Program-made: the position numbers and the translations under genes
The notes under the pieces: generated by a model
What the model saw: the letters and a program-made list of their open reading frames with translations, nothing else
Told to the model about the DNA's origin: nothing
The model's database searches: none
Shown here: one piece after another, positions 49,427 through 62,975 of the stretch
Layout: every line of letters starts with the position of its first letter
Position numbering within the stretch: position 1 is the first letter of the stretch
Source: Tubiluchus corallicola
Taxonomy: Eukaryota > Animalia > Priapulida
DNA: 64,000 nucleotides
Reading direction: 5' to 3'
Assembly: GCA_030141605.1 (NCBI GenBank)
Contig: JAQGDQ010000448.1
Span: forward strand, 62,001-126,000

Positions 49427-51540
49427 ATATATATATATATATATAATAATCTTTATTTGCCATTAAAAACATTGATAATCACTGATAAAAACTTTATAGA
49501 GATAATCAATCAGTGTTAGCTAATAAAAACTTACACTGCTGAAGGCAAATGTGTCAGTGCAATCTAAACTACTGTGCAGTAATGACGAATAAAATCAAAC
49601 ATATTTACAACTATACACAAAAAAATATAAAAAGAAACTATGATTTAATTAATATGGCCGTGGGTATATGAATTCGGAATTAGTGTGTATGTTGTCGTAC
49701 TGGTGTGATGGTATTTCATATCTGGTTAATATTAGTGATTTTAATTTTGTTTTAAATGCTGATAGGGACTTGATTTGTTTAACCTGTAATGGTAGAGAAT
49801 TCCAAAGTAAAATTGCTTGTTTGATTACAGAGTTCGTTCCATAGTGGGTATTTGTCCTAATTTGTTTTAGATTGCTTGTTCTGGAATTAACGATAGGATT
49901 TGGAAAAAAGGTAAATCTGTTATTCTGGAATGGTTTGCTGATATTGTTAATGTATTTAAATATAAAAAGCAGAGTAAAATATTCTTTGTGTGCTTCAATG
50001 ATTGGGAATTTTAAAGTTTTTCTCAGGTTAGTTGTTGAAGCTTTGAATTTTTGTCTACCTGCCTTGTGTTTGTATGAGTACCCAGCTATCAATCTCAACG
50101 CATAGTTTTGAAGGAGATTTAATTTTAAGTAATTTTCTCTTTTGGTTTTTTGAAGTAGCGTACATCCATATAAGAAGTGTGGTAGAACTAAAGTTTTATA
50201 TATTAGTGTTTTAGTTTCCTTTGTTAGTTGCCCTTTAACTTGTCGGAGATATGATGTGCTAGATGCCATTTTTGTGTATATGTTATTAAAGTGATCATCC
50301 CATGAAAGATTATTGTCTACTTGTATGCCCAGGAATTTAACATTGTTAGTTTGTTTGATTACAGCATTATCTATTGTCAAAGTGGTTGATGATGCATCAT
50401 TAGTATTTAATGAGGGTGACAGTATCATGAATTCTGTTTTGTCATTATTCATTTTTAGCTTGTAATGACTAAATGCCATATTTATATTTTTTATATCTTC
50501 TTCTAAATAATTTTTTGCAGTTTGGACATTTTCATGGGCTATGTAGATTGTAGTGTCATCAGCGTATTGCGTTATTTGTGAGTGTTTTAATACACTGGAT
50601 ATGTTGTTTATATATAGGCAAAATAATAACGGACCTAGTAGTGTTCCTTGCGGTATACCTCTGTTTAACGTGGCCCAGTCAGAAAAGTTGGTTGTATCTA
50701 ACTTTACTCGTTGTTGTCTATCTTTGAGATAATTTTGTATCAGTTTTAACGATATCGAATCTAATCCGATTTGTTTTAAATTATCGTAAAGTAGTTCGTG
50801 ATTAATGCTATCGAAAGCTTTACTTAAATCCAAAAATGCTGCTAAAATGTATTGCTTGTTGTCTAAACTATGTCTCCAATTTTCTGTTGTGTGTATTAGG
50901 GCGTCAATGGTTGAATGGTGTTTACGGAAGCCAAACTGATGTTTTGATAAAAGTTCATGTTTATTTACATATGAATTTATCTGATAACTTTGTGTAACTT
51001 GTTTAGCTCCTTTGGCAATGTGCAGCACACTTGGTCATTTGTTGTTTATTTGTAATTCTTCACTCTTTGCATCAGTTGTAGACTATGCAAAATAATAATA
51101 ATTAATATTAAAGTTTGATAAGTCGTTGCCTCTCTATGCTGGCCCACCGCAAGTCCGGGACGACTCACCTTTACACTTCCCCCAACGGCTAAACTGAAGG
51201 TGTCAGGGAAAATCACTTTTACAAGTTGTAAACACAAAACCAAAAAACCAAAGTTAAGTGCAAATTAGAATAATTTTTAATAATAATATCGACAGCTAAG
51301 TTAATTGAATACTGTCAATCCAATCTTCTTTTTAAAAAGTTTAAAATCGCTGGCTAAAACGTCGCTAAATTGTCAGAGACTGCAGAAAAACTTTAATAAC
51401 ATAGACGAAAGTTTTCAAAAGCAAAAACTAAATCCAATTTTAATTGAATAACCTGAATAACAATAACCCAAAATGACCGAAAACAATGAAACAAAATACA
51501 GCATACGAGCTCTTTGCACCAATGACAAGTGTGAAACGAA
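49427..51540 (-). mobile_element. 2.1-kb non-LTR retrotransposon copy (CR1/L2-group), apparently internally deleted
   Basis: (TA)n tail at 49427; candidate 7-bp TSD TTGTTGT (49420-49426 and 51541-51547); contains RT ORF 49649..51028; no endonuclease or ORF1 coding sequence visible. Confidence 0.75.
49649..51028 (-). pseudogene. Uninterrupted but N-terminally truncated LINE reverse transcriptase ORF (459 codons)
   Basis: HQFGFRKHHST, FLDLSKAFDSINH, GIPQGTLLGPLLFCLYIN, YADD, KFLG, LWNSLP..FKTKLK; begins at GTG just after an in-frame TGA, and there is no ATG upstream of YADD. Confidence 0.92.
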
Positions 51541-54500
51541 TTGTTGTTTGGCTTTATTTATCAACTTCAACGCCAATTTATGGCGACAGCTCAGTGACAA
51601 AGTTGCATTTTGACATGGATAACTAGATAGCATATACTAAGCTGTGAGTATCTGACGTTTTGCCTGTTATGATGATTAGCATAATTATTTATCTTTTTAA
51701 TTTTCTCAGATCGACAAGCATAGATTCCATGCTGGGCGTCTCATAAACCACTAAAGTCTAAAAGACGTCAAGTTTCTTCTTGTTGATATTTTAAGCACCA
51801 CTAGTGGTAGCTGATACATCATAGCGAGGAGCATTCTAATTCATGTCTATTTAATAATTAATGAATAAATACAATAACCATTCTAAGTTGGTATTAGGAA
51901 GTGATGGTGATTGCAAATAAGTAAGGCATAAATACTGAAAAAAGTGATAGGCATGACAAAATTACTTTGCAAAAGAGAATTTAAATTAAAAATAGAAATG
52001 CACTTGTTGAAAGAAATAAAAAAACGAGATTGTTCAAAGTAGTAAACTGATGTTTTTGAAAAAAGATAACTTGAGGTTGTGTCATTTGTGTGATTCAGCA
52101 AGGAAAACCGAAATTAATGTTAACGAAAAAATAACATTAATGTGATAGCAGGCAGTACTCTAAGTGAAAAGTGGGAAACACTGAAGAGAGTTCCCGATTC
52201 TGTTGTGAAATTATAAATAAAGTAGTTAAATTAGAAAAAAATATTGGATAAAGAACTTAAATTGAAACTGGTGAATAGAACCATGTCTAAAATTATGTAT
52301 GTACAAATATTTTTTTAATGGAACACAAAAATTTTATTGTATAAGGTCATTAACTGAGTCAGCAAAGTTGAGCCTAGCAAGCCCACAGTACAGATATTAT
52401 GGTCGCCGTGTTTTACCTGCTCCAATATAAATAAGACGTAATATCACAGTATAAACTTACATAATGTAATCAAAAAAGTTACCAATACATCCTACAGAAT
52501 ATTAACCTGTGTATAGCTTTTAGCTGAATAAAGTTCAGTGCAACAGTTCACAGATGTTACAGATGTTTTAATAGCAAACCAAGCAGGGTGTTAAACAAGT
52601 TACTTGTTAATAATATGCATTTCTCAAGTAGTAAACCGTGGGCAGCAAATAAACAAACTACAAAAAAATACGAAATTTTGAACACATTATAGAATAATTT
52701 GCAATGGTACCAAATTAAGTGCTATAATCTTACTGCAATAATAGTAGATTTATAACAATTTTTGAAATTCAAGAATATTCATAGAGTAGTCTTCACAGCT
52801 CCTAACACACTTCGAACCAGTGTTTGACATACAATAAAAGGGCCTACTACTAACCTTTGTCGAAAAACAAGAACCAAAAACTGTCACAGACAATCCTTTA
52901 AGGTAATATAGTAAACTGGCAAAGGCACCTCATATTAGCCACATTTGCTGCATCTACATCTACCATTAACAATAGAAATAGCTGGTGGCAGTAAGGTACA
53001 TAATGGCTCATATGGAACAATCCAAAAGTAGTGGTCACCCATTCATTTAATAACTACATTTATGCTGCTGAACTCTTGTAGCTATAAACTGCCTAAACAT
53101 ACAGCAGCTGACTATTCTGCTATTTCCTACATGCAGAAATGATGATGGTTTTTATATTATAGTGTCTTGCTTTTGTTGTCACTATTTTTTGAGGAAGTGT
53201 TGTTACGGCAACTGCAAGCAAAATGTTAAAATTATATAAACTTATCAACCACTAATTGACTTGAAAGCAATGATTGTACATCAATGCAGCAATATCATCT
53301 GCAATATATACCAAATACTCAACAAATAAAACAAACATCTTGAGGCAAATAATTATAAACAAATATATCTTACTAAAATTTAAACTGATTTTCACTGTAA
53401 CACAGACTATGAGAAATGCTCAAATTCATTCTTTTAAGGATCATCAAAAATAATATAAAGCAACACTAGATTACGCAAAAATTTCAATAATATTAGTGTC
53501 AGACAGTTTTGAGATTTTCAAAAAATGTAAATTAGTTTATAATAAAATTGCAGTAGTAAAAGTTTTATCATTTTATATTAAAAAAACAGTTCATCAACAC
53601 ATTTACTTGACAGAATCATACTGCACAGAATAATATGTACATTAACTAATTATAAGTTTACAAGTTTATGACAAAAATCCTATTTCACAAATTTACAAAA
53701 TCTCAATCCTACAAAAAAAACCCACAGCAGTTAGAACAAAATATTTAAGACAATAAGTTATCATGTGCAAGTGTTCTTAAACAAGTCGCAATAATAATGA
53801 CACAAGTCTAACAAACTCACAAAAACAGCACTAATGCAAGCACAATTTATAAATGTCATTTAATGGTGATGGCTTGCAAGTTTTCAAACACAAAACGTTG
53901 AAATACCAGCTTCTTCAAAATCAACATTTGCAGTAAACTGTTCCAGTTTTAGACCAGTGACATTTCTGATTTGCAGAGCTTATTAACCACTTATTTAAAA
54001 CAAACTAAATTCATGCATTTCTTTTTTAGTCTGATTGGACACTGGTGAACTACAACCAAAATTTTACAATTAAAGCCCAAGCACAGGGGCAATATTGTGC
54101 AATATAATTATGCATACATGCATATCAAAGATGATTAATTTTTTTATTTTCTCGTAGTAACACAAGACATATTTTACAAAAAAATAAAGTTATATTAATT
54201 GAAAATAATTATATTTATCTCATGCGTCAGTGAAACTATGTACTAATATGTTACCTGACAAATAATATACATTAACATCACTAAGACAGACTAACTATAC
54301 ATGACATACTAAAGCATTACAGGGTTACAGCTGTAAAATGACTGTACAATTTGTCACAGTAACTAAAAAATTTTTAAGGTTAAACAAGCTATAAATCATT
54401 TAACGCAAATCATTAATGATTAATGATTTAATGAATCCTATTGTGAATTAGCGACAGTTTGCTTGTGAAAAGCTCATTTTTTTCATGAATGGCAGTTTTA

Positions 54501-54620
54501 TAGCTAATTTTGGACTTGGACAAACTTAATTTAAAAATTAAAAAAGTTCTCATAATAACGTTTATATGCTGCTCATGTATTTTTTACTACTTTTTAGTCA
54601 TAAAACAATTGCAAAAGCAC

Positions 54621-54839
<219 letters not shown>

Positions 54840-55740
54840 TCATATATGTTCTCCCTATAATAATAATTGTATATACTATTTACTTTTAATCATAAGGAAA
54901 ACATTGTGTTAGCTACAATGAATGCTGCAAAAATTGTTTTATGTCAACTTACAGAGATTTAATTGTGCGTCAACTAGAATATTTTGCTCATAAGATAATT
55001 AAATTTTTCTAAGCTAATAAAGCACACAAAAGGAATAGAAGGAGTCTATTACAAGATAATTCCTAAATTCCATAAGTCCAAAAGCCAGATTCATTAAAGT
55101 TCTTACAAACAAATTTGTTCGTAGGTTTGTGCATATGAATGTTCTTAGTGCTACGGACAGATTCATTAACAGTTAAGTTTTCGGAAAAATTTTCTTAAAT
55201 TTTTTCAAAGTTTTTCAAAACGAATTACAGTTTGCAAAATTGCCAGTTTCCATGTTATACATGGTTTGAATGGCTATGTCAGTTGTTGTAGTGAAAGACG
55301 ATAAAAGCTAATAACAGAAATTCGATACATACAGAATGTATTTGTTTTGATTGATTAGATTTAGATATTTCAGTAAAAGTGATTTACAGCAGTACTGTTC
55401 TGATGAATCAATGACATCAAAAGTCAGTCACAATTACATTCAATTAAGCTCTCAATCAGAAATTAACGTATTCGATGATTGCTTAAAGCAATAAGTATAA
55501 GATTTGGCTGTTGAACACTTGTTTCTGTAGAACAAAACACTGTAGGATAAAAAAATTAGAGTGCCAATTAGAGCTAAAGTAACACAAGAAGTAAAATAGC
55601 CGTAAAAAGTTTAACATCTAATTTCACACAGACGCAACACTACCAAATCTTACAATGTATTATTAGTCGATCACTGATCGTTTTTTAAGGTCAGTGACTG
55701 ATTATAAAAAGAGACGTATTTCCAAACTACACAGCAGACC

Positions 55741-55950
55741 ATGAGGCTCTCTATCTCTGTCTATTTATCTATGACCCAATCTGCCAATCTATCTATGTAC
55801 CAATCTGTTACCTACCTACCTTACCTATGTATCTATGTGCAACCTACCTACCTTAACTAGGTATCTATCTGCGACCTACCTACCTTACCTATCGACCGAC
55901 CAACTGAGCAACAGACCTACCAACCTGTCCCACTATCTACCCATTTACCT
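55741..55950. repeat. Degenerate (CTAT/CTAC)n tetranucleotide tract
   Basis: ctatctatgtaccaatctgttacctacctacc... in LC3 intron 3. Confidence 0.75.
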
Positions 55951-56003
55951 AATTTTTTCTCTTAACTTTCTCCAGCTAATTTTACCAATCAGTTAGAACC
56001 TGA

Positions 56004-56032
56004 TAGAGGTGAGAGAGAGGGAGAGAGAGAGA

Positions 56033-56073
<41 letters not shown>

Positions 56074-56104
56074 AGGGGAAAGAGGGGAAAGAAAGAGAGG
56101 AAGA

Positions 56105-56184
<80 letters not shown>

Positions 56185-56255
56185 AGGGGAAAGAGGGGAA
56201 AGAGAGGAAGAGATGAGAGAAGGGGACAGGAAGAAGGGGAAAGTAGAAAAGGAAC
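56004..56255. repeat. (GA)n microsatellite / polypurine tract with a duplicated interruption
   Basis: Long GA runs; GATAAAGGGGAAAGAGGGGAAAGA occurs twice (~56069 and ~56180); accounts for spurious ORFs 55993..56292 and 56009..56263. Confidence 0.95.
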
Positions 56256-56378
56256 TACTGTAATGATTTAAGTAATTCCAAGTATATTTCACAGCTCATG
56301 CATGCTGGTCTTGTTGCATCTGGAAAATGGAAAACACAATGCGTAGCATTTTAACTGCTGCATCCGGCATTCAAATTA

Positions 56379-56570
<192 letters not shown>

Positions 56571-56905
56571 TCAGACTAGCGAGTTTACTTCTCAGACAAC
56601 AGACTTGCAAGTGTAAACTGCTTAGGCAATTACTGTTGGCAAGAAATAGCAAACTTTCTGACACTAACTGAACATACTTGCAAGTTACTTGGCGAGAAAA
56701 CTTGCTAGTCTGCATGCGCTGTTATACTTTCTTAGCAAACAATGAAATAGCTGCCTTACTTACTAAGACAAAGATTTCTTTAGAATGCAAGCTTGTATTT
56801 TGACTCAGATTGTGTTTTTGTTGTTGAAATTGCATTATTTTTTGTCCAGACCTAGCTTATTTCAAAGTACAACATACATTTCTTGCCACACAACTTATTA
56901 CTTAC

Positions 56906-56961
56906 TGGAATTTTATCAGGGTGCACTTCTCGAATTTGCTGTACATCTCTAACCCTTGCAG
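56906..56961 (-). CDS. MAP1LC3: MAP1LC3 exon 2
   Basis: SARVRDVQQIREVHPDKIP; 56 nt, phase 1-0; |GTAAGT donor. Confidence 0.94.
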
Positions 56962-57289
56962 CTGAAAAACATAAAAGTAAACTCAATTAATGAACAGATT
57001 TCACTTACTTGCAATAATGAAAATTATTCTGGGACTATAGCAATCTTCAAGCTGTTACATTTTCGACAGTTTTCATTTTACTATAAGCGCAAGTAATAAA
57101 AGTTTAACCATGTGAAATCTAAACAGTATTCCAGGTCTGACAATCGTGTAGTTGGCATGACAATAATAAAAAATGATACGAAATTATTAATGCCATTCTT
57201 CCAGGTTTCTAATTTATTATTGCTTATATCTACATGTGCATTTACACGCAATTAATTTTATACTATCTTCATACTGTCTTCATAGAGTG

Positions 57290-59340
57290 TAGAGTGTAAT
57301 CCCCCATTGATAGGGCTCTAATGGCTGATAGTGTAAATCTAGTGTAATTCTGAAGAATCAGAGTACCTCTGTAGTGTAATGATGCTTATAACTTGTAAGC
57401 ATTATTACATAAGATTACCGTAGATCGACAGGGCGAAGCTTATATGTAAGCTTATATGGTTTTCGCTCTTGTTATGCATCTGTTTATCATTTTCTCTCTT
57501 ATGTTTGTTATTGTTGTTTTCTGTCTAAAATTGTGTTTAGACGTTTAGTGTCCACTCGGGTTAGAACAGATCACGGAACTTCACAGGATGGTCTTTCAAG
57601 TACGTGTGCAATTTCTTCTCAAATCGATCTGTCGATGTGGTGGTCCATATCGATGTAGAGAGTGAGGAATTCCAGTCGTTTATCACTCTTGTTCTTGTTT
57701 CTACATCTAGGTTTAAAGATCTCATATCTTGCTCCACGTAGATTTGGTGAAAAAATATTTTATGCTGTTAATCCTTGCATTGATGTTACAGATGTAGTAC
57801 GGCATGATTTGATATCTTCTTCTTCTTCTGAATCGTAAAGATGATATCTTCAGCCTCTGCATTTTCTCAGCACTCATAGTCATGTCCTAGCTCGTTTGAA
57901 TATTTCACCAACGTGTTCGTCAAATGTGAGGAGCTGGTCAAATACAATTCCTATGCATTTGTGTTTGTTATTGTTATTATTTCAATTGACTGATTTGCGT
58001 TATTGCACATGTAATGATCGTGACTTGCATTCTCTTTCCTTAAATGTAGTACATTACACTTTTCCACATTGAAAGGCATTTGCCAAGTATGTGACCATGT
58101 ACGTAATAAGTTTACGTCATTTTGTAGTGCACATCAGACTACTGTTTCCTCTATATTTCTGCGTCATCCCCTATTATTTTCACTGACGACTTTAAATTAT
58201 CTGGTAAATCATTAATGAACATTAGGAATAGTATAGGCCCTCATACACTTCCCTGTGGACACTCCGCTCTTAACGGGTCTCCATGAAGATTTCTCCTAGT
58301 CGGTTCTAACACACTGTGAATGGTCTTTTTATCCAGTAGTAGAAGCTGCCAGTGATGCCATGTGTGGCAAGTTTTAACACGAGTTTCCTTTGCAGAACTC
58401 TAACAAAGGTTTTCTGTAGATAATAAAGTATTACACTAACAGAAAGTCCGTCATCCAAAGCTTCTTGCCAGTCATTTAGTGACTCCAGCAGATTTAAAAT
58501 GTAAGAATCCATATTGCGAGACAATAATAAACTTGTTAGCAATGAGGTAGCCATAAATAGCTATTTATAATGTCAGCAATTTCTAATTATTTTATTAAGA
58601 AGTTTACATATAATTGATATCAAACTTTCAGTTATTGTACCTCTTTCTTAAAAATCAGAGACAATTGAATTCTTCCATGCTTGTAGTACTTTAGCCTCAT
58701 TAATTGACTTTTTTTAAATACATACTAGTGATGTTGTCTACGTTTAACAGCACTACTAGTATGTATTTTTTTAAAAAAATCAATTAACACTTTTCAATCA
58801 ATTAATCTCATAGTTTTTCTTTGCTTTTCTTATAATTTGGGTAGTGGTATTGGTTTCTTGAGTGTACAAGTTGAAACTTGTGAGGTCCTGCCTAACGCAG
58901 TATAATCTTCATGTTGCACATTTGGATTTTATAGCTTGAAGAGCTTCTTCTGTCATCCAGGCTGGTTTGAGTTTGCTAGTTTTACTTGACGTGGTAACAG
59001 GTGAAAATTGTTTTATAGGCTTCATGAAATGGGAAAGTGGTGCCATGCTTGTTGGGTAGTCTTGCTAGTTAATGCTTCCCGCTAGTTAATTTAACTGGAG
59101 GAATGTTATTTAATTGGTGGTAGTCGGTTTCAAAATAATTTCTTCGAGAAAACTGGGCCTTTGTTTGTATCACATTTGCACATAATTATGTCAAAGATTA
59201 AAATGGTATGGTCACTTTTTCAAAGCGATTCGTCAGTGTCAGCATTTGGCACACAAACGAATTCTGGATCACTTGAAAAAATTAAGTCCAACTAGCTAGA
59301 TATTATCCATGACAGTGAGGAGTACTTGCAGTAACGGTCA
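57290..59340 (-). mobile_element. Decayed CR1-like LINE in MAP1LC3 intron 1
   Basis: Frameshifted motifs on the minus strand in the expected order: APE end LDLIFSSDPE...SDHTILIFD (~59200-59300), KPAWMTEE (~58950), GVPQGSV.GPILFLMFINDLP (~58200-58265), RVINDWNS...FEKKLH (~57600-57690). Confidence 0.85.
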
Positions 59341-59740
59341 CAAGGTTGCCCCTAGTCATGTTGATCCAGTGGATGGCAGAAAGTCGTGGTACATAACTCG
59401 CGTGTTAGGAACCAAAAACTGGGTTATATCATACTCTCATTTTTCATACATCTTTTTTGTGGCGCTTGCACTTTAACTATACTCACTGTAACTATAACAG
59501 TACATTATAATACCCTATAATTTTTATACAAATTGAGAAAAAACATAATTATACGTATCAATAGCTAAGGATACTAGTATCACGCTAAAGAAAACTCAGT
59601 GTTTGCAGATTTGTTTCTCAATTTTATTACAATTATACTTACAATTTTACGTAATCATGCATACAAAGCTTTTAACAAGTTCAAGAATCCACTTAGGAGA
59701 CTTAGTACTATTAGTAGTAGTAGTTAAATTTAATACTTAC

Positions 59741-59780
59741 AGAAACTGCGCCTGCTCTTAAAGGATCTTTCAGAGTGCAT
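59741..59780 (-). CDS. MAP1LC3: MAP1LC3 exon 1
   Basis: MHSERSFKSRRSF; 40 nt; |GTAAGT donor; total ORF 366 nt (121 aa). Confidence 0.92.
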
Positions 59781-60059
59781 TATATCCCCAGATGAAAATT
59801 TCTTAATTGACACTGCAAAATAATTTAAGGAAGTTGGCTTTTTCTTGTAATTAGTGCCATGATTATTGAATTTTATTAATCTTTGTGCTTTTTCTTGAAC
59901 TGTTTATTTATAAGAAAACGTCATGGTCACGTGCTTTATTTACAATTGTAGTTTCGGAGATCACCGCTAGGTGAAGGGCACAATGGCGTCAAGAAACAAG
60001 ATATTGCATTCAGTGGCAAAAAAGACTAAAATTCGTTGGTGAATTAAATTCTCGCAAGC
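59781..60059. promoter_or_regulatory. Bidirectional promoter shared by MAP1LC3 (-) and PHKA (+)
   Basis: ATGs only 279 bp apart head-to-head; GTCACGTG (59926-59933), TGTTTAT (59901-59907), CAATGGCG (59981-59988). Confidence 0.75.
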
Positions 60060-60137
60060 ATGAGAAGTAGAAGTAATTCGGGCGTTCGGCTAGATTATTA
60101 CCAACGAATTCTGCACGCAACAATTATAAGATTTCAG
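60060..60137 (+). CDS. PHKA: Phosphorylase kinase regulatory subunit alpha, exon 1
   Basis: MRSRSNSGVRLDYYQRILHATIIRFQ, the PHKA1/2 N-terminus; CAG|GTAATA donor. Confidence 0.96.
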
Positions 60138-60302
60138 GTAATATGGGATTATCTCCGCCTTCGAATTTTGCTAGCTATATATCAAGTGCGTACTAGTGCG
60201 TATCTGCACATCAGTACCATCATTGTTGGTTTCTACAGTCGTTGTTGTTATTTTGGCATCACTTGTGTTTGGTTGATGTTAATTATTTATTGTCATTTTT
60301 AG

Positions 60303-60461
60303 CACCCGGTAACTGGCTTGTTGCCTGCTTCACCAGACAATCCTCATGGCTGGGTGAGAGATAATTTGTATGCAGCTATATCCATCTGGGCACTGGCATT
60401 AGCTTACAAGAAAAATGCCGACTTGGACGAAGATAGAGCGAAAGGATATGAACTCGATCAG
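60303..60461 (+). CDS. PHKA: PHKA exon 2
   Basis: [10 protein letters not shown]...WVRDNLY...[21 protein letters not shown]; 159 nt, phase 0-0. Confidence 0.95.
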
Positions 60462-61232
60462 GTAGTTGAATGTGAATTGTGATATTGTGTTATTAAAGCT
60501 CACATTATATTTTGAAGTACACTAAAGTTTCAGTATAAAAGAAAAACAACAACAACATCCCCAACTACAAGTTTCTCATGCTTTTATTCATGTTTGTCAA
60601 AAGTGAGCGTCAAAGTGATTCTCCAATTGTGACTAAGCCAGTGCTGCATAGTAACTTCTGTTCTAAGACATTGTCAGGCCAGGATGGTGACACAGTGGTG
60701 TATATATTTTACCTATAGTATTTCAGTGTTCGTAACTCCAATTTTCAGTCAATAATAAGTGATGAGTTCGTGAGATTTGGCAGCTAGTTTCTTTGTATTA
60801 GAGACTGGAAACAAATAATTAATTAACTATGCAAGATATTAGTATATTGTTTTAATATTATATAGGAATATATTATTTATTGCAATGCTAATTACTTCCA
60901 TATTTTTAACCAAACTAATTGTTTTGATGACTGCTGAAGCTTTAACTGTCTATCGTATGTTACCTACCCCACAAACAAAATAGTTATATATAATATATAA
61001 AATTGGTGTAATTTTTAGGGTTAAGTTACTTCAAGGAGCAGTAAAGGGTTTTGTAGTTTGTTTAATTAAAAAAAACTTGCTTAAATGTTAAATTTGATAT
61101 GTAAATTTGGTATGCTGTGCTTTATGTATCTATTGTAGTTAATTGTTATTATTGCTGCAATGCTGATTTTGTTAGTTAGAAAAGTATTTCTTAGTTTGTG
61201 GCTAAAATCAGTCAGTGGAACATTTTTTGCAG

Positions 61233-61449
61233 AGTGTTGTGAAGATAATGCGTGGACTTCTCAGTTGCATGATGCTCCAGGTTGACAAGCTAGAGAGATT
61301 CAAATATTCTCAGAGCCCAAGAGATGCATTACATGCCAAGTACAACATTAACAACTTCAAGAGTGTCGTTGGTGACTATGAGTGGGGGCATCTTCAGATT
61401 GATGCCACATCTCTGTATTTGCTTATGCTGTCACAAATGACAGCTTCAG
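61233..61449 (+). CDS. PHKA: PHKA exon 3
   Basis: [10 protein letters not shown]...ALHAKYN...[23 protein letters not shown] (GH15-like domain). Confidence 0.96.
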
Positions 61450-62052
61450 GTAATTAATGCTCCACTTGTACACAAATTCAGGTTATGAGTTTTTTCATTT
61501 TACATAAAACACTCAAAATGTTACCACATTTAATAGGAAGATAGATGCCAGTGTGCAAGTTCTTGGTTAAAAATAGTTGCAGGAAAAGAATCTATGTAAA
61601 TAATTGCTGATCTTTAATGTCAATATTTTGGCATCTCAGTGCAGATTATTATCAGGATTGAACTTTATTTGAATATTACTTTATCAGCCTACTTAATGAC
61701 TTCTACAAGAAAAGTCAAAATATTAGCAATAGGTTAATTTAATTTTTTTAAATTAGTAGTATTGCTTTCATTGTAAAGACATAAAAGTGTACACTACAGT
61801 TTACAGCTACCTGCTGTTTATATGGTTTATACAGCTACACTTTTACAATATACATATTAGGGCACATGCATCATGCTTGTATAGAACTCGAAGTTAGAAA
61901 AATTAAACTTAAGTAATCAAACTTTTAAAGGTAATTTTACATCTGCACCAGAAATTTGTTTCTGCAGCTTGGACTGTAGCTTTGGAGTTCATATAATTGT
62001 ATAGAAACCTTTCATAAACTATTGTTTTCTTTAGTATATTGGTTTTTTCTAG

Positions 62053-62216
62053 GATTGCAGATTATTTTCACACTCGATGAAGTGGCCTTGATACAAAACC
62101 TCGTCTTTTACATTGAAGCTGCATATCGCATCCCTGACTATGGAATTTGGGAGAGGGGTGATAAAACCAATCATGGCCTGCCAGAGCTCAATGCTAGTTC
62201 TATAGGAATGGCTAAA
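62053..62216 (+). CDS. PHKA: PHKA exon 4
   Basis: [54 protein letters not shown]. Confidence 0.96.
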
Positions 62217-62834
62217 GTAAGGCTTTAATTGTGTAGTGCTATTGGCAAGTAAGTCATCCACTGCATTATAAGTTTGGCTTGCCTGTATGCTTTCATTGTC
62301 AAAGATATTATCCTGTTTTTGCTGTTCAATTGTAAAACAATAATTTGTGTGGCTTTATAAGTAAAACTATAATTTCTTGAGAATAAATGAATTGAATTAT
62401 CATTTGCAAAAATGTTTTATCTATTGTCTGCATTCATTTTGTGTTGCAGTCATTGGTAGTTTTTAATAATTTTGTTCATTAACCCATTTGCAGTTTTTTG
62501 CTCTCATAGCATACTGCTAATGTAAGCCATCGGATAATGGTACATTTAATTTACCAATTTACTGTCAAAATTATACATACTTGTGTAGCTGCGTCTCTTT
62601 AGTTAATTTTCATCTAAATGCCTTGTTGGAAGTCTCATAGTATTTACTTAAAGACTTTGTGACTCCTGTGTCACTTGTTTTTTGCTTTCAATATTTTGCT
62701 GATGTGTCAACATTTAAACACATGTAAAGAACAAATTTTGTAAACTTAACAACAAAAGATATGAAGATATCCTATTTTTTCACGTTTCTAAAATCTGAAA
62801 CTACGTGAGTTTAATAACTAAAATCATGTTTTAG

Positions 62835-62975
62835 GCTGCTCTAGAATCTATCAATGACATGGATTTGTTCGGCGCACGTGGAGGACCTGCATCTGTCATT
62901 CACGTTCTTGCAGATGAGACTCAACATTGCCAGGCTGTGTTAGAATCTATGTTGCCCAGAGAATCGAATTCTAAA
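62835..62975 (+). CDS. PHKA: PHKA exon 5
   Basis: [47 protein letters not shown]; phase 0-0. Confidence 0.94.

Noticed and set aside
49649-51028. RT as a retron, DGR, group II intron or domesticated gene
   Set aside because: Motifs, 3' tail and TSD fit a CR1/L2-group LINE; it lacks the N-terminal RT subdomains and an initiating ATG, so a functional stand-alone enzyme is unsupported.
55993-56292. (SL)n and (RE)n ORFs
   Set aside because: Translations of the (GA)n microsatellite.
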